NCBI RefSeq assembly: GCF_006345805.1
Contig: NC_042997.1
Span: 78,430,001-78,494,000, forward strand
Reading direction: 5' to 3'
Length of the DNA stretch: 64,000 bases
Source of the DNA: Octopus sinensis
Taxonomy: Eukaryota
The position numbers were made by a program, and so were the translations under genes. Below the pieces are notes generated by a model that saw only the letters and a list, made by a program, of their open reading frames with translations, did no database searches and was not told the origin of the DNA. Positions 1 through 13,904 of the stretch are shown here, in pieces (the stretch's first letter is position 1; every line of letters starts with the position of its first letter).

Positions 1-21
1 AACGCCGGGCGATACTGCTAG
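1..21 (+). mobile_element. Possible Helitron-like 3' terminus (cut by window edge)
   Basis: Short GC hairpin cgcc-g-ggcg followed by ...gCTAG then T, matching the Helitron 3' end pattern; only 21 bp visible. Confidence 0.3.
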
Positions 22-679
22 TTTCATATAAATTTTCAAAACCATAAAATGACGAATATGAACGATTATAGTGATAGCTCAGCTGAAGCTATTTGAAAGT
101 ATATCAACACTTTCAGTTCATGAAATATTAAAGTAAATCGCCAGTCAAACTAAAGAAAGTTATGATAAATATACTTCGGATAGAAAAACATCTAATTGAA
201 CACATACTTTCGATCTTTTACATTTAACTTTCACTTACATGGGTGTTTAGTCAATAAGTATCCATAATATATTGGGACTGGTTCACTCTTCCAAGTCCAC
301 CCACCACCAGCTCAAAATTATCTTGAACCTCATAAAGTAAAAGAAACAATGCGATAATGAAGGAATAGCTTAGTAGCAAACGATAGTTAGCAAAATTGAT
401 CATTCATCAAATATAGCTCATTTCTTTCCTTTTCTTACTGCAGTTGTCGTTGCTGATGTTTATTTCCACACCAGTCCTAATCGAGCAGAAGTATGATGAA
501 AAGCATTCCAATTATAATCACTTCACCCTTTTAAGAGTATATGGAACTACATTTCTAATGTATTCTTTCCTTCTTTAAGACGGTAGGATACACTTTGAGA
601 GAGATTTAATTGCTACTTCTATCAGGTTGAGCAACCACATAGAAGCTCCCATGTGGTCAAAATTCTTATGTTGCAGTCT

Positions 680-2760
680 TCTTACGAGTCCCCTGTAGAA
701 CACTATAGTTAAAATATCCACTGATTATACAGTCCGAACGGTGGAGGGACGTGACTGCCTGACGAAACTCTACATACGAGGCGCCATAGCTCTGTCTATG
801 TCTCATCCACGACCGTAGCTCTACCAAACGAATAAGTTGTGAAAAAGCGTGTCTAACAAAGGTACCCCACCTCCAGTAAGCGTAAACGTAAGCGTTCCAT
901 TCTGGTCAGCCATGAACCAGAATAATGCACAACAGTCAGGCAGTAGTAGAATACGGATGTGATGTCATTTATTACCTCCATCCGAACCTTCTGGGTCGTT
1001 TTCCTCTGGGTGAGACTCTTCCCAATATTTGTCAAATTGGGAGTCTGAACCAAATCAAACACCGAGCAGTTTAACTTTTCCTTTCGTCCAGCTTTTATTT
1101 AATTTTATTTAATTTTTGCTTTTATTTAATTTTTGCTTCAGTCATGGCCTCGTACTCTTTTAGCGCAATGCTAACTCAGTGTTTTTATAAAGTGACAATA
1201 TTACAGTGACGTAGTCCGTATATGCAAACACGGATCTTCCGCATTCTAGTTCGCAAGGGATGACCTTCGAAGTCACCAACTTCTATAGCTGTGACTCCGG
1301 AGTCAGCACGTACAGAAAGAGAAGGGAGTGGGTATCCATGACGTAGTGAACACATGATACTAAACAGTTCCGATTAGATGGCCATTTACTTTAACCACCA
1401 AGGAAATGTCAGTGTACATTGCTTCTGAAGATGGGCTCAAAACTAGTTGCCTTGAAAACAGTCAATAAGTATTGATGGCCGACCCTACTGAAAGATTTCG
1501 TTTGATCTAACTTGACCATACCGAGAGCCGTGGCACGGTATGGAGGAACGTAGTAAAATCTACCTACGTCTCCGACGCTGTACCCCAAGCAGTTGAGCAA
1601 AACGCCACTGAAAAGCCACGTACATCTGCTTGAGATCGAGCACCACACGTCCATCCCGGCCCATCAAAGACTGTAATGTGACTTTGCCGCCTCGTTATGC
1701 CTCAATCAGGACCACAAGAACGGTTTTCGTTTCCTCGTGTCTTAGACCACACTCCCCAACTTTGATATTGCAACCTTCATGCTTCGCGTTGAAATATTTG
1801 TCAAGGGTTCCCTTCGAGCACGTCAGTCACGATACATTTCCTTAGTGCTTCTTCTACATTCCTAATTAGATCCCACTCCCGTTAAACTTCTGTACTACTA
1901 CTTCCTTATTGCACCTTATCAACTCTTATTCAATACCCTTTTTCAGGGCTAACCACCAATTGTTGTTAACGATTGACTCCCATAACCGCCTGCTTGACTA
2001 ATTTGCTAAACCGGTCTCTGTAAGCTTGGTGGACCAGGAAAGAAGCATTCACCTTCTAGTAAGTAAGTCTCTGTCAATGAAGTCTACCAAGATCGACCGT
2101 ACATATCTCAAATTTGTTGTCTTTGTGAACAACTTATACTATTCCTTCTATTGGCTTACATTAAAATCTATTAAGATACGATATAGATGATCCAGTATTG
2201 TTTGTTTTCGGGTACTATGATCAGTCTATTGACAGTTGAAAACGTCTGAGCAAGTTTGCGAGACTTTTACACTCACCTCCCCTATCGGCCAACTCCACCA
2301 CAGCCCCTTTGTACATTCAAGATACTGTTCCAATCAATCACTAGCACTAAAGAGCGACACATCTTTAGCTTGCTGAAAAATAAAACTGGCCACCCGTTCC
2401 TGTGTGAATGTTTGAGCTTCACTACCGGGCACGCCCAAAAAAAGTTCGATTTATCTTCAGTATTTCGTAATTCGTATTCCAAGATCCAGCCCTTTCCAAA
2501 ACAACACAGCAACTCACCCATCTCGGAAGACCTGGAATGCGAACGACTCGAAGCCTGCGACATTGAAAACAGAATGTCTCAAGGAAATGGAAGATTTCCA
2601 GGGCACTATTAATAAAATAATTTATAAAGATCTGCTTGTACAGTTACAAATAGCCGAAAGGACGGAACACCTGTCCTCTCAGAGAAATAAGGGAAAATGT
2701 CCTTCTCCCTTTCTTCCTTCTTGTCAAATATGGCCATATTCAGAATAGGCAGTGGTGAAC
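680..2760 (-). mobile_element. Decayed L1/Tx1-like LINE ORF2 remnant (APE endonuclease to RT)
   Basis: Broken minus-strand frames give APE-like VLVIDWNSILN (2282-2563), WESIVNNNWWLALK, RT-like RHGYPLPS/LYVLTPES/AYTDYVTVILS (about 1200-1400) and LLGV*FGSD (about 1060); many stops and deletions. Confidence 0.75.
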
Positions 2761-2884
2761 ATCGTGGAAGCAGGGCCACCTGTTCAATGAATTCAGTTCG
2801 CTATATAAAGATACGGTGGCTATCAGCGAGACAAGAATTCAGTGACCTTCACATCTTTTCCTGCAGGTTTCAGTCATTTGCATT

Positions 2885-3070
2885 TGAATGTCTGTACGCC
2901 GAACAAAATATTTAGTGGCCTTTCGTCCGTTTAAACTTTCTGAGTTCAAATTCCGCCGAGGTTGACTATACCGTTCAGCATTTCGGCTCAATAGAATAAG
3001 TACCAGTTGAGTACTGGGTTTGATGTAATCAACAAGCCCTCTCCCCCGAAAATGCTGGCTTTGTGCTAAC
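2885..3070 (+). mobile_element. tRNA-derived SINE, family A (octopus OK-like), 5' eroded
   Basis: B-box-like gagttcaaattccgccgagg and body ...aagtaccagttgagtactggg... shared with copies at 14529, 17228 and 50539. Confidence 0.8.
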
Positions 3071-3090
3071 GGTTCTCTCAACTCGCTGCT

Positions 3091-3344
<254 letters not shown>

Positions 3345-3379
3345 GTAAAGGTTATATATACAATGTATCGAAGGTGCTT

Positions 3380-4460
3380 GAGTCCTTACACAGCTAGAAA
3401 ACTATTACAAAATAACCACCATAGGACTACAGAAATACCTACATCAGAAGCAAAGAAAACTAATTAAAATAGCCTCAAAACTCGAACAAAAAAGACTGTT
3501 TTCAGTTTTTAAGGAAGCTGACAAATACAAAAAAGAAGTCATAGTCCTCTAACAACTATGAAGAAAAAGAAGAAACAACAAAAGCTGTAAAACAACTGAA
3601 ATCCAAGCCAAAACAGGAACAGCAACGGATCATAATAAAACGATGGCAAGAAAAAGCCCCTTCATGTCAGATATTAGGTTAAACTAAGCAGAAAAGAAAT
3701 AGACAAAGCAAAATCTCAGGAATGGCTGAGAAGCTCAGGACTCAAAGCAAAGACTGAAGGATTTTTAATTGCAGCAGATCAAAACGTTCCCATCATAAAT
3801 TACCAGAAACATGTAATGAGAAGAAATGCAATATATAAAGAATATTTGGAGATGGAAAGAAATAATGAATCATATTGTCCCTGGTTGCCCTAGTACAGAC
3901 CCAATCACAGACACGACAGAGTCGGGACCGATATACACTGGAAACTATGCCAACACTATGAAATAATAACAGGAAAAAGTGGTATAGGCACACATCAGAA
4001 AAGGTCACAGAAAATGAGAAAGCAACCATACTCTGGGATATACTAATACACACAGATAGAGAAATTAAGGCCAATGTCGGATATAGTTGTCAGAGATCAC
4101 CAAGAAAAAAATGCTTTCTAATCGATGACAATTTTTCTCTAAAAGAAACGGAGAAACTTTCAAAATACAAAGATCTGGAAATAGAGGTAACTCGAATGTG
4201 GAATCTAAAAACAGAAACAATTTCTATCATAGTAGGTGCATTAGGTATGATAAAAATTTATCCAGACAAATACATAACAAAAACACTAGGACTAACAAGT
4301 ATATATAACATGCAGAAAATAGTACTAAACACGCACGCTTCCTACGCAAATCACTTTCAATACAGTAAAAGTAAGAGCATCACAACAAATCACAGCACAG
4401 ACCCAAGGCTCACAGAGCTGCGCTCAGTAGTACAGTGAAAGCCCGTGATAAAAAATAAGA
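3380..4460 (+). mobile_element. R4/Dong-like RLE non-LTR retrotransposon, 3' fragment (copy 1)
   Basis: Frameshifted WLRSSGLKAKTEGFLIAA, HDRVG..IHWKLCQHY, KYKDLEIEVTRMWNLKTETISIIVGALG; followed by (CTAA)n(AAT)n. Confidence 0.85.
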
Positions 4461-4530
4461 CTACTAACTAACTTACTAACTAACTAACTAACTAATTAAT
4501 AATAATAATAATAATATAATAATAATAATA

Positions 4531-4601
<71 letters not shown>

Positions 4602-4612
4602 TGATGATGATG

Positions 4613-4689
<77 letters not shown>
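4461..4689 (+). repeat. (CTAA)n then (AAT)n microsatellite with a few GAT units
   Basis: Directly visible between two RLE elements. Confidence 0.97.
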
Positions 4690-4690
<1 letters not shown>

Positions 4691-6714
4691 TGGAATTTTC
4701 CAGGGTGACTCACTATCACCGCTCCTCTTCTGTTCTGTTTAGCCTTAATACCTCTCTCAAAACTGCTCAATGACGCGCAGTACGGATATAAAATGTTTGA
4801 TAAAAATATAAATCATCTCATTTACATGGATGGTTTAAAGCTCTTTGCAAAAAATGACCAACAACTCAAGGGCTTACTAGCGATTGTCAAACAATTCAGT
4901 GACGACATCAGAATGCAATTCGGCCTCGATAAATGTGCAAAAGCTACCTTTATCAAAGGAAAAATGACAGAAACATCTAACGTTAACCTTGACCAGCAGA
5001 ATGTCATAAAAGAACTAAACCCAGCGGAGGGCTACAAGTACCTAGGGGTAATTGAAGGGAACGGAATAAGGCATTCAGAGATGAAGGAAAGGATCAGGAG
5101 AGAATGCTATCGAAGAGTGAGAGCAATACTCAAGACAGAGCTGAATGCAAGAAACAGGATCGAAGCGATCAATGCATTAGCCATACCAGTCGTGACTTAC
5201 AGTTTCAATATCGTTAACTGGTCAATTACTGAAATATGTAATCTTGACAGAAAAATACGAAAACTGTTGACAATGCATAGAATGCACCACCCTAAGGCAG
5301 ATACAGAACGACTTTATCTGCCAAGAAAAGAGGGAGGCCGTGGACTTTTACAACTGGCAATAACAATGAAGATTGCTACAATTGGCCTAGACACCTACCT
5401 GAAAAACTCGGAGGACTGGATGTTAAAACTTGTCTCAAAACATGAAAACAAGAAAGCATCATACTCAGTAACAAAACAGGCAAAGGAATATCTAAGTGAA
5501 TTCCGAATACAACAAATTTCGGAATTAGAGATAGACATACAAGAAACGGGCACAGAAAAAGCTAAGCGCATGAAAACCCGTGCTAAATCTGCGGCCTTAG
5601 ATATTCTGAATGATAAATGGCAAGAAAAACCTCTCTATGGCTGCGCAACTCAACACCTTCTTAAATGCCGACCACGGAACACCAGAATGGTTGGCATTGG
5701 GTAGGACAGTGATGTGCCTGAAAATCATCGAAAAAGGCAATATGGTAGACAATTACAGGCTGATATTTTGTGTGCTACGTATGTGGAAGAGAGCAAATAA
5801 TGCAGATGTTGACAAAGCCCTAACCCATCAATGGCTAATGGCCTCTGGCTTGAAATCTGAAACAGAGGGGTTTATCATAGCAGCTCAAGATCAATGCCTA
5901 CCAACAAGAAACTACCAGGCCAACATATTAAAGATCAGAAGCAGTCCAACGTGTCGTGTATGCAAGCAACAAAATGAAACCATTGACCATGTGGTCTCCA
6001 AGTGCAGTCTTCTAGCGCCTACAGAGTATCTCAACAGGCACGATAGAGCTGCACAATATATTCACTGGGTAATCTGCAAAAACCTGGATTTGCCCCATGA
6101 AAAAAACTGATGGGAACACAAACCACCCCCAGTGCTTGAAAATGACCACATCTCACTCCTCTGGAACCTCACCATTCAAACTGACAGAAAGATAGATGCA
6201 AATAGGCCAGACATCATATTGAAAGACTTCAAACAAAGAACATGCCTCCTCATTGAAATGACTGTCCCAATCGATATAAACGTATCTGTCAAGACCTAGC
6301 AAAAACTGAGCAAATATAAAGATCTTGAAATAGAAATCAGCAAAATGTTATAATACCTGTTGTCATAGGTGCCCTGGGAATGATAGCAAAAGGGGCTGAT
6401 AGCTACCTAACTCAGATACCAGGAAACACAAAAATGGCAGAAATTCAAAAGATAGTGTTCATGGGAACTGCTCATATCCTACGCAAAATACTTTCTATGT
6501 AATCTCAAGGTTTAAAACAAACATAATTTTCGGTTTACAAAAAAGAAAAAAACTTTTTTTTTTAGACATTCATTAGTACAACCCCCCCCCCCAAAAAAAA
6601 ATATATGGCACACTAGGCATAACAACAAGATGAACTTCCAACCCTGTTGTCTCTTGAGGTCTCTGGGTGAGACTTGGAGCCAACTTGTACAAATATAAAG
6701 CAAAAGTCAAACAG
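4690..6714 (+). mobile_element. 5'-truncated R4/Dong-like RLE retrotransposon (copy 2): RT C-terminal half, CCHC knuckle, RLE, 3' UTR
   Basis: Starts at GIFQGDSLSPLLFCLAL; YMDGLKL (catalytic D to G); YKYLG; CRVCKQQNETIDHVVSKC; RPDII..LLIEMTVP. Flanked by (AAT)n on both sides; interrupted by a 150-bp insert at 5640-5789. Confidence 0.92.
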
Positions 6715-6924
<210 letters not shown>

Positions 6925-6925
<1 letters not shown>

Positions 6926-9690
6926 CTTTCTTTATTAACTGCTAAAGGTTCCCAAAAAATTGGGGACGGTACAACACAATACAATGTGGGGTTAACGAAA
7001 AATTCTCCAAAAGTGGGAGACTTCCTAGGACTTCTTGTAGAAACCCTACAAAACCTGACTACCTGGGTTAGTGCCCTCTCCTCATCGTCTATAGGCACAT
7101 ACTCGGACCATTCTTGCAACATTCCTAATTTTCAACAAAAGCTAGGAGGTAGCACTTCCCTCTCAACCCTAACTTTTCTTTTCAAGTGAAACTTGAAGTT
7201 GGTGAGGGCTTCGCCTTCCAATCTGATCCATAAACTCTTTCGCTAAGGCCACCAGAAACACTCCTTGCACTTCTCGGCCAAAGGATGGCAGTGGGACGAT
7301 CTTCACAATGGACTCAGCCGATAACCGGATCTGCCCTACACGTGACAGCAAGTGTTCGGCATAAACCCACAAGTTAGCAATATTCGGGTACTGGATGAGA
7401 TGGTACTGGATGAGATGGTACAGAACAGATCGTCGCTCTGTATTCATTTCAGGCATACCAAGCGGACGGCACTTGCATGTCTGTAGACTTAATCCCGAAC
7501 CGGCAATGCCAACATCCTCCACCCCCGGTAGCACAGCCAGACCAAGAATTTTTGGAAATTTCAGCAGAACAAACCCGGGAGTTTTCCCGAGAATGTCTTT
7601 CACTAAACCTCTACAGAATGCCTAAGTGGTACTTCCGCCGACCACATTGAATACTGACAGAGGATTGTGAGCGCATGACGACGCTTTATGTGGCAGGTGC
7701 CTTGCCTCGATCTAAGCTTGACCCAGGACTGCGGCCCAGTCAAGGAGACGATCTGTGGAAGAGCGAGTCCTAGCGCAACACCTGCTCACCGTCGAGTAAG
7801 CGCTGGAGATATCGTAGCCTCAGCGCATGTTTGCGCATCAGCAGCCACGGCATGTTGACAGCTAATGGAGCGCCTGACTAGTATAACACGTCCCTTCCAC
7901 AGAAAGAGGATGAGTGTGCACTCTAGTTTGATCAGACGTAAACCAGGGTAGGGTAAGACTCTCAGGAGATGGTATCTGACGGATGCGATATAAGCATTCA
8001 CCATCTCTGTCCAACTTTTCAGAGTTTTCTCTCAGCCTATTTCTGATTGAGATTGTCTACCCTAATCACTTCGTCCCTGTTCTACTCCACCTGGCCATCG
8101 GACCAAGCCAGATCCCGAAAATTTAACCAGGCCTTACGTCCAGCGTTTCACGACGCTATTGGACGGCATGGATCTGCCTCTCCAGGTGCCGAGATGCAAG
8201 CCCACTAACTTTCCTTGTTTAATTTTTTATCCTGTTGCCGCCTCATATTCATTTAGAGCAGTTGTGACCAGGTTTGTGTGCCTGGTGTTCGACACTATGA
8301 CGGTGATGTTGTCTGCGTATGCCAACACGGTTACCTCACGTCTTAGTTCGCCTTGGATGCCTCTCAACGCGTCTAATTTCTGCAGTAATGACTCTACAGC
8401 CAATACATACAGAAGAGACGAGGAGGGACACCCTTGACACATCGAGAACACGTTGTTGAATGGTAACCGTTCACGATGTTGAATAGTAATCGATAGGTAA
8501 CCATTCACCCGAACAACCGAGATGTCATTGTACATTCCAGTGATCCAGCCACGGAAAACAGAACCAAAATTGGCCACGTAAACAGAACCAAAATTGGCCA
8601 CCAAATATTAATAGTCGACTTTATCGAAGCCTTTAGATTGAACTAAATTGACCAGGGTTCCGTCCATGTCAGTTCCTTTACCCAATCTGTCTATGATGTA
8701 TCGCATGAGGTGGAGGTTGTCGTGGATGGATCTGCCTGGGTTGGCACATTTTTGCGCATCACCAATCAGCTCCTCGATGATTAGCACCAACATCTTTGCT
8801 AACACCTTGGCCAAAATTTTGAAATCTGCGTTCAGCATCGTTATTGGATTAAAATCTTCCCTTTGATCTCCCTTTTTTGGGGTCCTTTCTCAGCAGTTCC
8901 ATAGCTCCTCAACCCACAGAACTAAGAATTCTCCTGTTTTGCTGTCAGTTGCGGTATATATCTGCTAAATGACTGCCAAACAAGTCTGTGCACACATCTT
9001 AAGGCATGTGCCTTAACTATGTCAATGCATCCTTCGTGCTTAGCGTTGAAAAATTGGCCCAAGGCCAATCTTGCCGCCAGCACGTCAGTTACGATGCCCT
9101 AAGTGCCTTTTCTATGTTTCTATATTTCCATCCTATTCTATTTCTTGCTAAACCTAACAAGTTCTACATTAATTGCCTTTTTCAGGGCAAACGGCCATTT
9201 GTTGGTGGTGATTGATCCCGTCAAGCCCTGCTTAACTAATTCGCTAATCCGGTTTCTACAAGCTTGGCACGCTGGAATTTCAGCTCCAGTAACCAGGTCC
9301 CTTCTTACGAAGTCCGTCTAGGTTGACCGTGCAGAATTGTGGTCTGTGTAACCGACAATTTTAAAAGTGGACAATTTATACTATTTTCTTTTACTGGCCT
9401 ATAGAATATTCTATCTAGAAACGATCTAGATGACCCGATGCAGTTCGTCCATATCTACATTGGCACATTCTGGGAATCCAGTCGGTACCTATAAGACAAT
9501 TGAAAACATCTGAACAGGTTTGAGAGGCTTTTTTTCCACCCGTTGTTTTAACAGCTAGCCTCTGACAATCTAAACGTACGTCTAAGATGGTGCTCCCGTC
9601 ATTCATTAGTTGAGAACGGTAACAGGAAAACTTCCAGACGTATGAAAAAATCCGGCTGTTCTGCCCTTGTTGGAGCATAAACAGCCACTA
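6925..9690 (-). mobile_element. Decayed L1/Tx1-like LINE (ORF2 endonuclease, RT and C-terminus plus 3' UTR)
   Basis: NADFKILAKVLAK, GRSIHDNLHLMRYII, FDKVDY (8608-8838); QGCPSSSLLYVLAVE, YADNITVIV (8227-8604); C-terminal LSRVGQIRLSAESIVKIVP (7169-7603); minus-strand AATAAA just before the microsatellite. Same family as 680-2760. Confidence 0.88.
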
Positions 9691-9729
9691 GTTCACATCT
9701 AGGATCACCAAATTACTTTTTGGGTCCAC

Positions 9730-12700
9730 ACGGCGTAGATGGAGCTAGCAAATTAATGCTGTGGTCATTGAGTGTTACTACCTGAACAGCCTGGTAGATG
9801 AAAATGGTGCTCAAACTAGGGGTTACCAACAACGTATGTCTGATCTTTGGAGAGAAAAGGGATTGTTTCAACTCACGGAACAGAGACTATGTGATCAAGC
9901 TAGAGCAATGAGAAAAAATTGTTGGTTCACAGTAGAGCTCGAAGCTATCAAGAGACGGGTCATGGAAAATAGCATTAGGAATAACAATGAAAAACAGTTC
10001 TTACTAATAAGAGTAACCCTATAGCACAGGAAAGGAGAAATGGTAGTTTACTTGATGAGAGACATATAGATGATCTAAAAGAAGACAATAAAACTAATGG
10101 CGACATGACAGAAGAATAAGAGGCAATCTACGACAGAATAAAGGCAAGACTACAAGAGAACGATAGCGACATTATTTGCAACCTTAAAAAGGTTGATCGA
10201 TGGAAATTAACCAAGAAACGAAAAATGTCAATGAAATTCTGTATTTCATGAGTGTCAATGAAATTCTGAAATACATCAGAAGAAACAACATCACTGAAAT
10301 AAATTAATTTGATCAAGGCAGCAAGTATTGTTGTAGCAGAAAACGTGGGTGTTGATATCAAGAAAAAGAAATATAATGGGAGTGACAAAAGAAAAGATAC
10401 ATGGTGGAAAAGAAGAATACAGGCAGGGTTAGACATGCTCTCGAAGGAAATCTCTGTGTTAGACCAAAAAGAGAAAGGCCAGTTTAAAAGCGAACAAAAA
10501 TATAGGGCGCTGAAAAGAAATTATAATATTGAAACAAAGGGTCTGAAAGTAGTAGTGGAGGAACTGAAACAGCACCTCGTTCCAAAGAAAGCAAAGATGG
10601 TAAGATACGACCAAAGAAAGATGGGTTACCACCAGAATTGGTTATTCAGTAGATAAGAAAAGGCTCTATAAAGAAATAAATGGAGAGTGTACAGATGAAA
10701 AGATGATACCAGATAACATTGAAAGTCAAAGGTTTTGGAGTGACATCTGGAACAAAGACAAGGAGCACAAGAAGGATGCTGAATGGTTGCAAGAACTAAA
10801 ACAAACAATAGTCTATCCAAAACAGGCTGAACTAGTTATTTCAGTTAGGGATGTGAAATGAAATCAGCAAAAAATAAGCAACTGGAAGGCCCCGGGACCA
10901 GATGGAGTTCAAGGCTAATGGATCAAAAGATTTGGTGAATGCCATGCACGAATAGCTGCGCAACTCAACACCTTCTTAAATGCCGACCACGGAACACCAG
11001 AATGGTTGGCATTGGGTAGGACAGTGATGTGCCTGAAAATCATCGAAAAAGGCAATATGGTAGACAATTACAGGCTGATATTTTGTGTGCTACGTATGTG
11101 GAAGTTATTGACTGGAATATTCACAGAGTCAATGTACGAAAAACTGGAAAAAAATGGAGTCCTGCCACAAGAGCAGAAGGGTTACAAGCGTAAGTGCAGA
11201 GGTACCAAGGATCAACTCCTGATAAAAAAAAACTATACTTAGAAACTGCGAGAGGAGGAAAAGTAACTTAGCCATGTCATGGATCGACTATCGTAAGGCG
11301 TACGATATGATCCCACATTCTTGGATTATGGAGTGTGTGAACCTATTTGGTGTTGCATCGAATGTTGAGCGACTGCTTGGAAAAAGTATGGCGAATTGGA
11401 GGACGGACCTGACAACATACGGAAGATGTTTAGGAACAGTAGAAAAATGAGGGGCATCTTCCAAGGGAACTGCCTGTCTCTACTGATCTTCGTACTGTGC
11501 TTGATACCACTAACACTGATTCTAAGGAAAGTAAAAGCTGGGTATGTATTCAAAAGCCGCCAGCAAAAAGTCAACCATTTGTTATTCATGGATGACCTCA
11601 AATTTTATGGTAAGGATGAAACCCAAGTTAGTTCCCTCGTTGATACGGTGTATACCTTCAGTGCTGATATCAGAATGGAGTTCAGACTGAGAAAGTGTAG
11701 TGTGTTAGTCTTGTAGAGGCAAAATCAAATGTATGGACGGGCTAACGATAGGTCGAGGGAGGTTATGAAGTAGATATCAGAGACGGCTATAAGTACTTGG
11801 GGATTTTGGAAATGGATAAATTGATGGAGAAAGAAATGACAGGAAAATTTAAGGTGGAGTACTTGCGCAGATTGAGACTGATCCTTAAGTCGAAATTAAA
11901 TGGACGGAATAAGGTCGAAGTTATCACACCTAGGCGGTGTCACTCCTTAGATATGGAACAGGGGTAATCGCATGGACAGTAGACGAACTAAACAGCTTAG
12001 ACAGAAAGACAAGAAAGCTGCTAACTAGATATGGGTCACTCCACCCAAAAAGTGACACAGACAGACTGTATGTACCAAGAAGAAGAGGGGAAAGAAGACT
12101 TACTGGATGCGAACACAGCATTAGAGTAGACAAAAACAACATAGCATGGTATGTAAAAAATGCCACCGAACCGCTATTATTAGAAGTAAGAAGGTCGGGC
12201 TTGTGTAGGATGAAAGATTGCAAAGGTAAAGCACTGTACAAGCACTTGAGAATGAATGAAACTGAAAATAGGCGTATAAAGAAAAGAATGCATGGACAAT
12301 TACATGGGGATGTTGAAGATAAGACAGACAGAGAAACAACTGGCTGTGGATGACTAAAAGTGATTTAAAACCGGAAACGGATGCTCTATTCTATACTGCC
12401 CAACAGCAAGAACAAACTACATAAAATACAGAATAGACACCAAAGCAGAAAGTGATAAGTGCAGAACCTGTGGACAAAACGGTGAAACCGTATGGCATAT
12501 TACCAGCCAATGTACGCCACTAGCCCAGAAGGAATATAAGAGACGCCACGATAATATAGCAAGGCTTGTCTATTGGACACTGTGCCACAAGTATGGACAT
12601 GACAGAGCAAAAGATTGGTACTACCAAAAACCTGAAGACATCGTCGAAAATAGAAGTGCAAATATCTTACGGGATTTTACGATTCAGCGCGACCATGAGA

Positions 12701-13106
12701 TAGAGAATAGGAAGACGGAAATAGTCTTAATGGAGAAAGAAAGCAAACTATGCTGGATCATAGATATAGCATACCCAGCTGACAACAAGGTATGCGATAA
12801 GCAAGAAAGAAAAGTGGAGAGATATGACAGGTTAGATTGGGAAGTTAAGCAGTTGTGGTCGGTGAAAAAGATAGCAGTACTACCAATAATTGTCGGAGCC
12901 CTGAGAACAGTGAGCAAAAATCTCGAAAAGTACGTGGAACGAGTAAGGGCTGCAATAAGGGTGGAGCACTTGCAGAAAACAGCACTGCTTGGAACCGCTT
13001 GAATTATCCGGAAGGAGCTCGAAAAATAAGAGGTGTTACCTTAGTTCACTGGTAGTGAACAGCTGATACCGTAGTACATCTCCAGCGTTAGAAGCTTTGC
13101 AAAGGC
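9730..13106 (+). mobile_element. Near full-length but heavily mutated R4/Dong-like RLE retrotransposon (copy 3)
   Basis: N-terminal ECYYLNS..TEQRLCDQARAMRKN; NWKAPGPDGVQG; WIDYRKAYDMIPHSWI; GIFQGNCLS; FMDDLKFY; HDNIARLV.W; IDIAYPAD..YDRLDWEVKQLW..PIIVGAL; ends at (AAT)n. Confidence 0.9.

Positions 13107-13187
<81 letters not shown>
13107..13187 (+). repeat. (AAT)n microsatellite
   Basis: Directly visible. Confidence 0.98.
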
Positions 13188-13189
13188 TA

Positions 13190-13410
13190 TAAATTTACTG
13201 AAGAACACAGAGAACACAGAGAGTCTATGATAGAACTGAAGCAGAAAATCCTGAATAAGCTTGCAGTTGTAAGATACGCCAATATGCACGATAGAGAACC
13301 ACCTCATAAGTTCTCAAATACAAATTAAGATTGGAAACTATGTAACAAAGGAAACTATACAAGAACTAAAACCAGATCTCACTGGATTAAATGAAATTAT
13401 TTGCGCAGCT
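13190..13410 (+). mobile_element. Short fragment resembling the N-terminal region of another R4-like ORF
   Basis: Translates as EHRESMIELKQKILNKLAVVRYANMHDRE...KETIQELKPDLTGLNEIICAAG; fused directly to the non-coding repeat at 13411. Confidence 0.45.
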
Positions 13411-13882
13411 GGGAGTGTTATCATGTACATTGTTTTGTATTGGTATAAAAAATGGGCTACAGCAAATATTCTGCTCAATACTACAGATTTGCTTGTCAGT
13501 TGTTTGACCATAAGCAGTTGAGCATGTCCCTTAGTGGCTGACGATATGTGCATCTCTGATCACGAGCAGAATTATGGTGATTGTCATAGCCATGTGTTGA
13601 GAGGAGTTCTTTAGGGTTTGGATAATTCACCTCTGGAAACATGGGTGTTACGTTCAACATCCTTAAACAACCCTTATTCAGGGACCTTTTGAGAGAGATA
13701 GACTACTCGACATGAAGAAAATTCTAATTGGGCCCCACCTGCAAGGTCATACGCTGTTTAGCTTGATATAAGTTCATCATGTCACGTACATATGGTCGTG
13801 ATGCATGTGCCTGGTGTACCCTTATTAGACGAGTGGTCATGATAGGTATATTGGGCTTCGTATATTTGTACCTCAGTGTCTC
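13411..13882 (+). mobile_element. Non-coding dispersed repeat of about 530 bp, copy 1
   Basis: Aligns by eye with 13905-14258 and 14790-15314 (gctacagcaaatattctgctcaatac, catccttaaacaaccctt, ctggtgtaccctta). Confidence 0.85.
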
Positions 13883-13904
13883 TGGGGTAGAAATGGGTTA
13901 TGCC

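Noticed and set aside
5610-6110. 166-aa ORF as a real gene
   Set aside because: It is a chance in-frame fusion of the inserted RT fragment and the retrotransposon zinc knuckle, ending at a premature stop.
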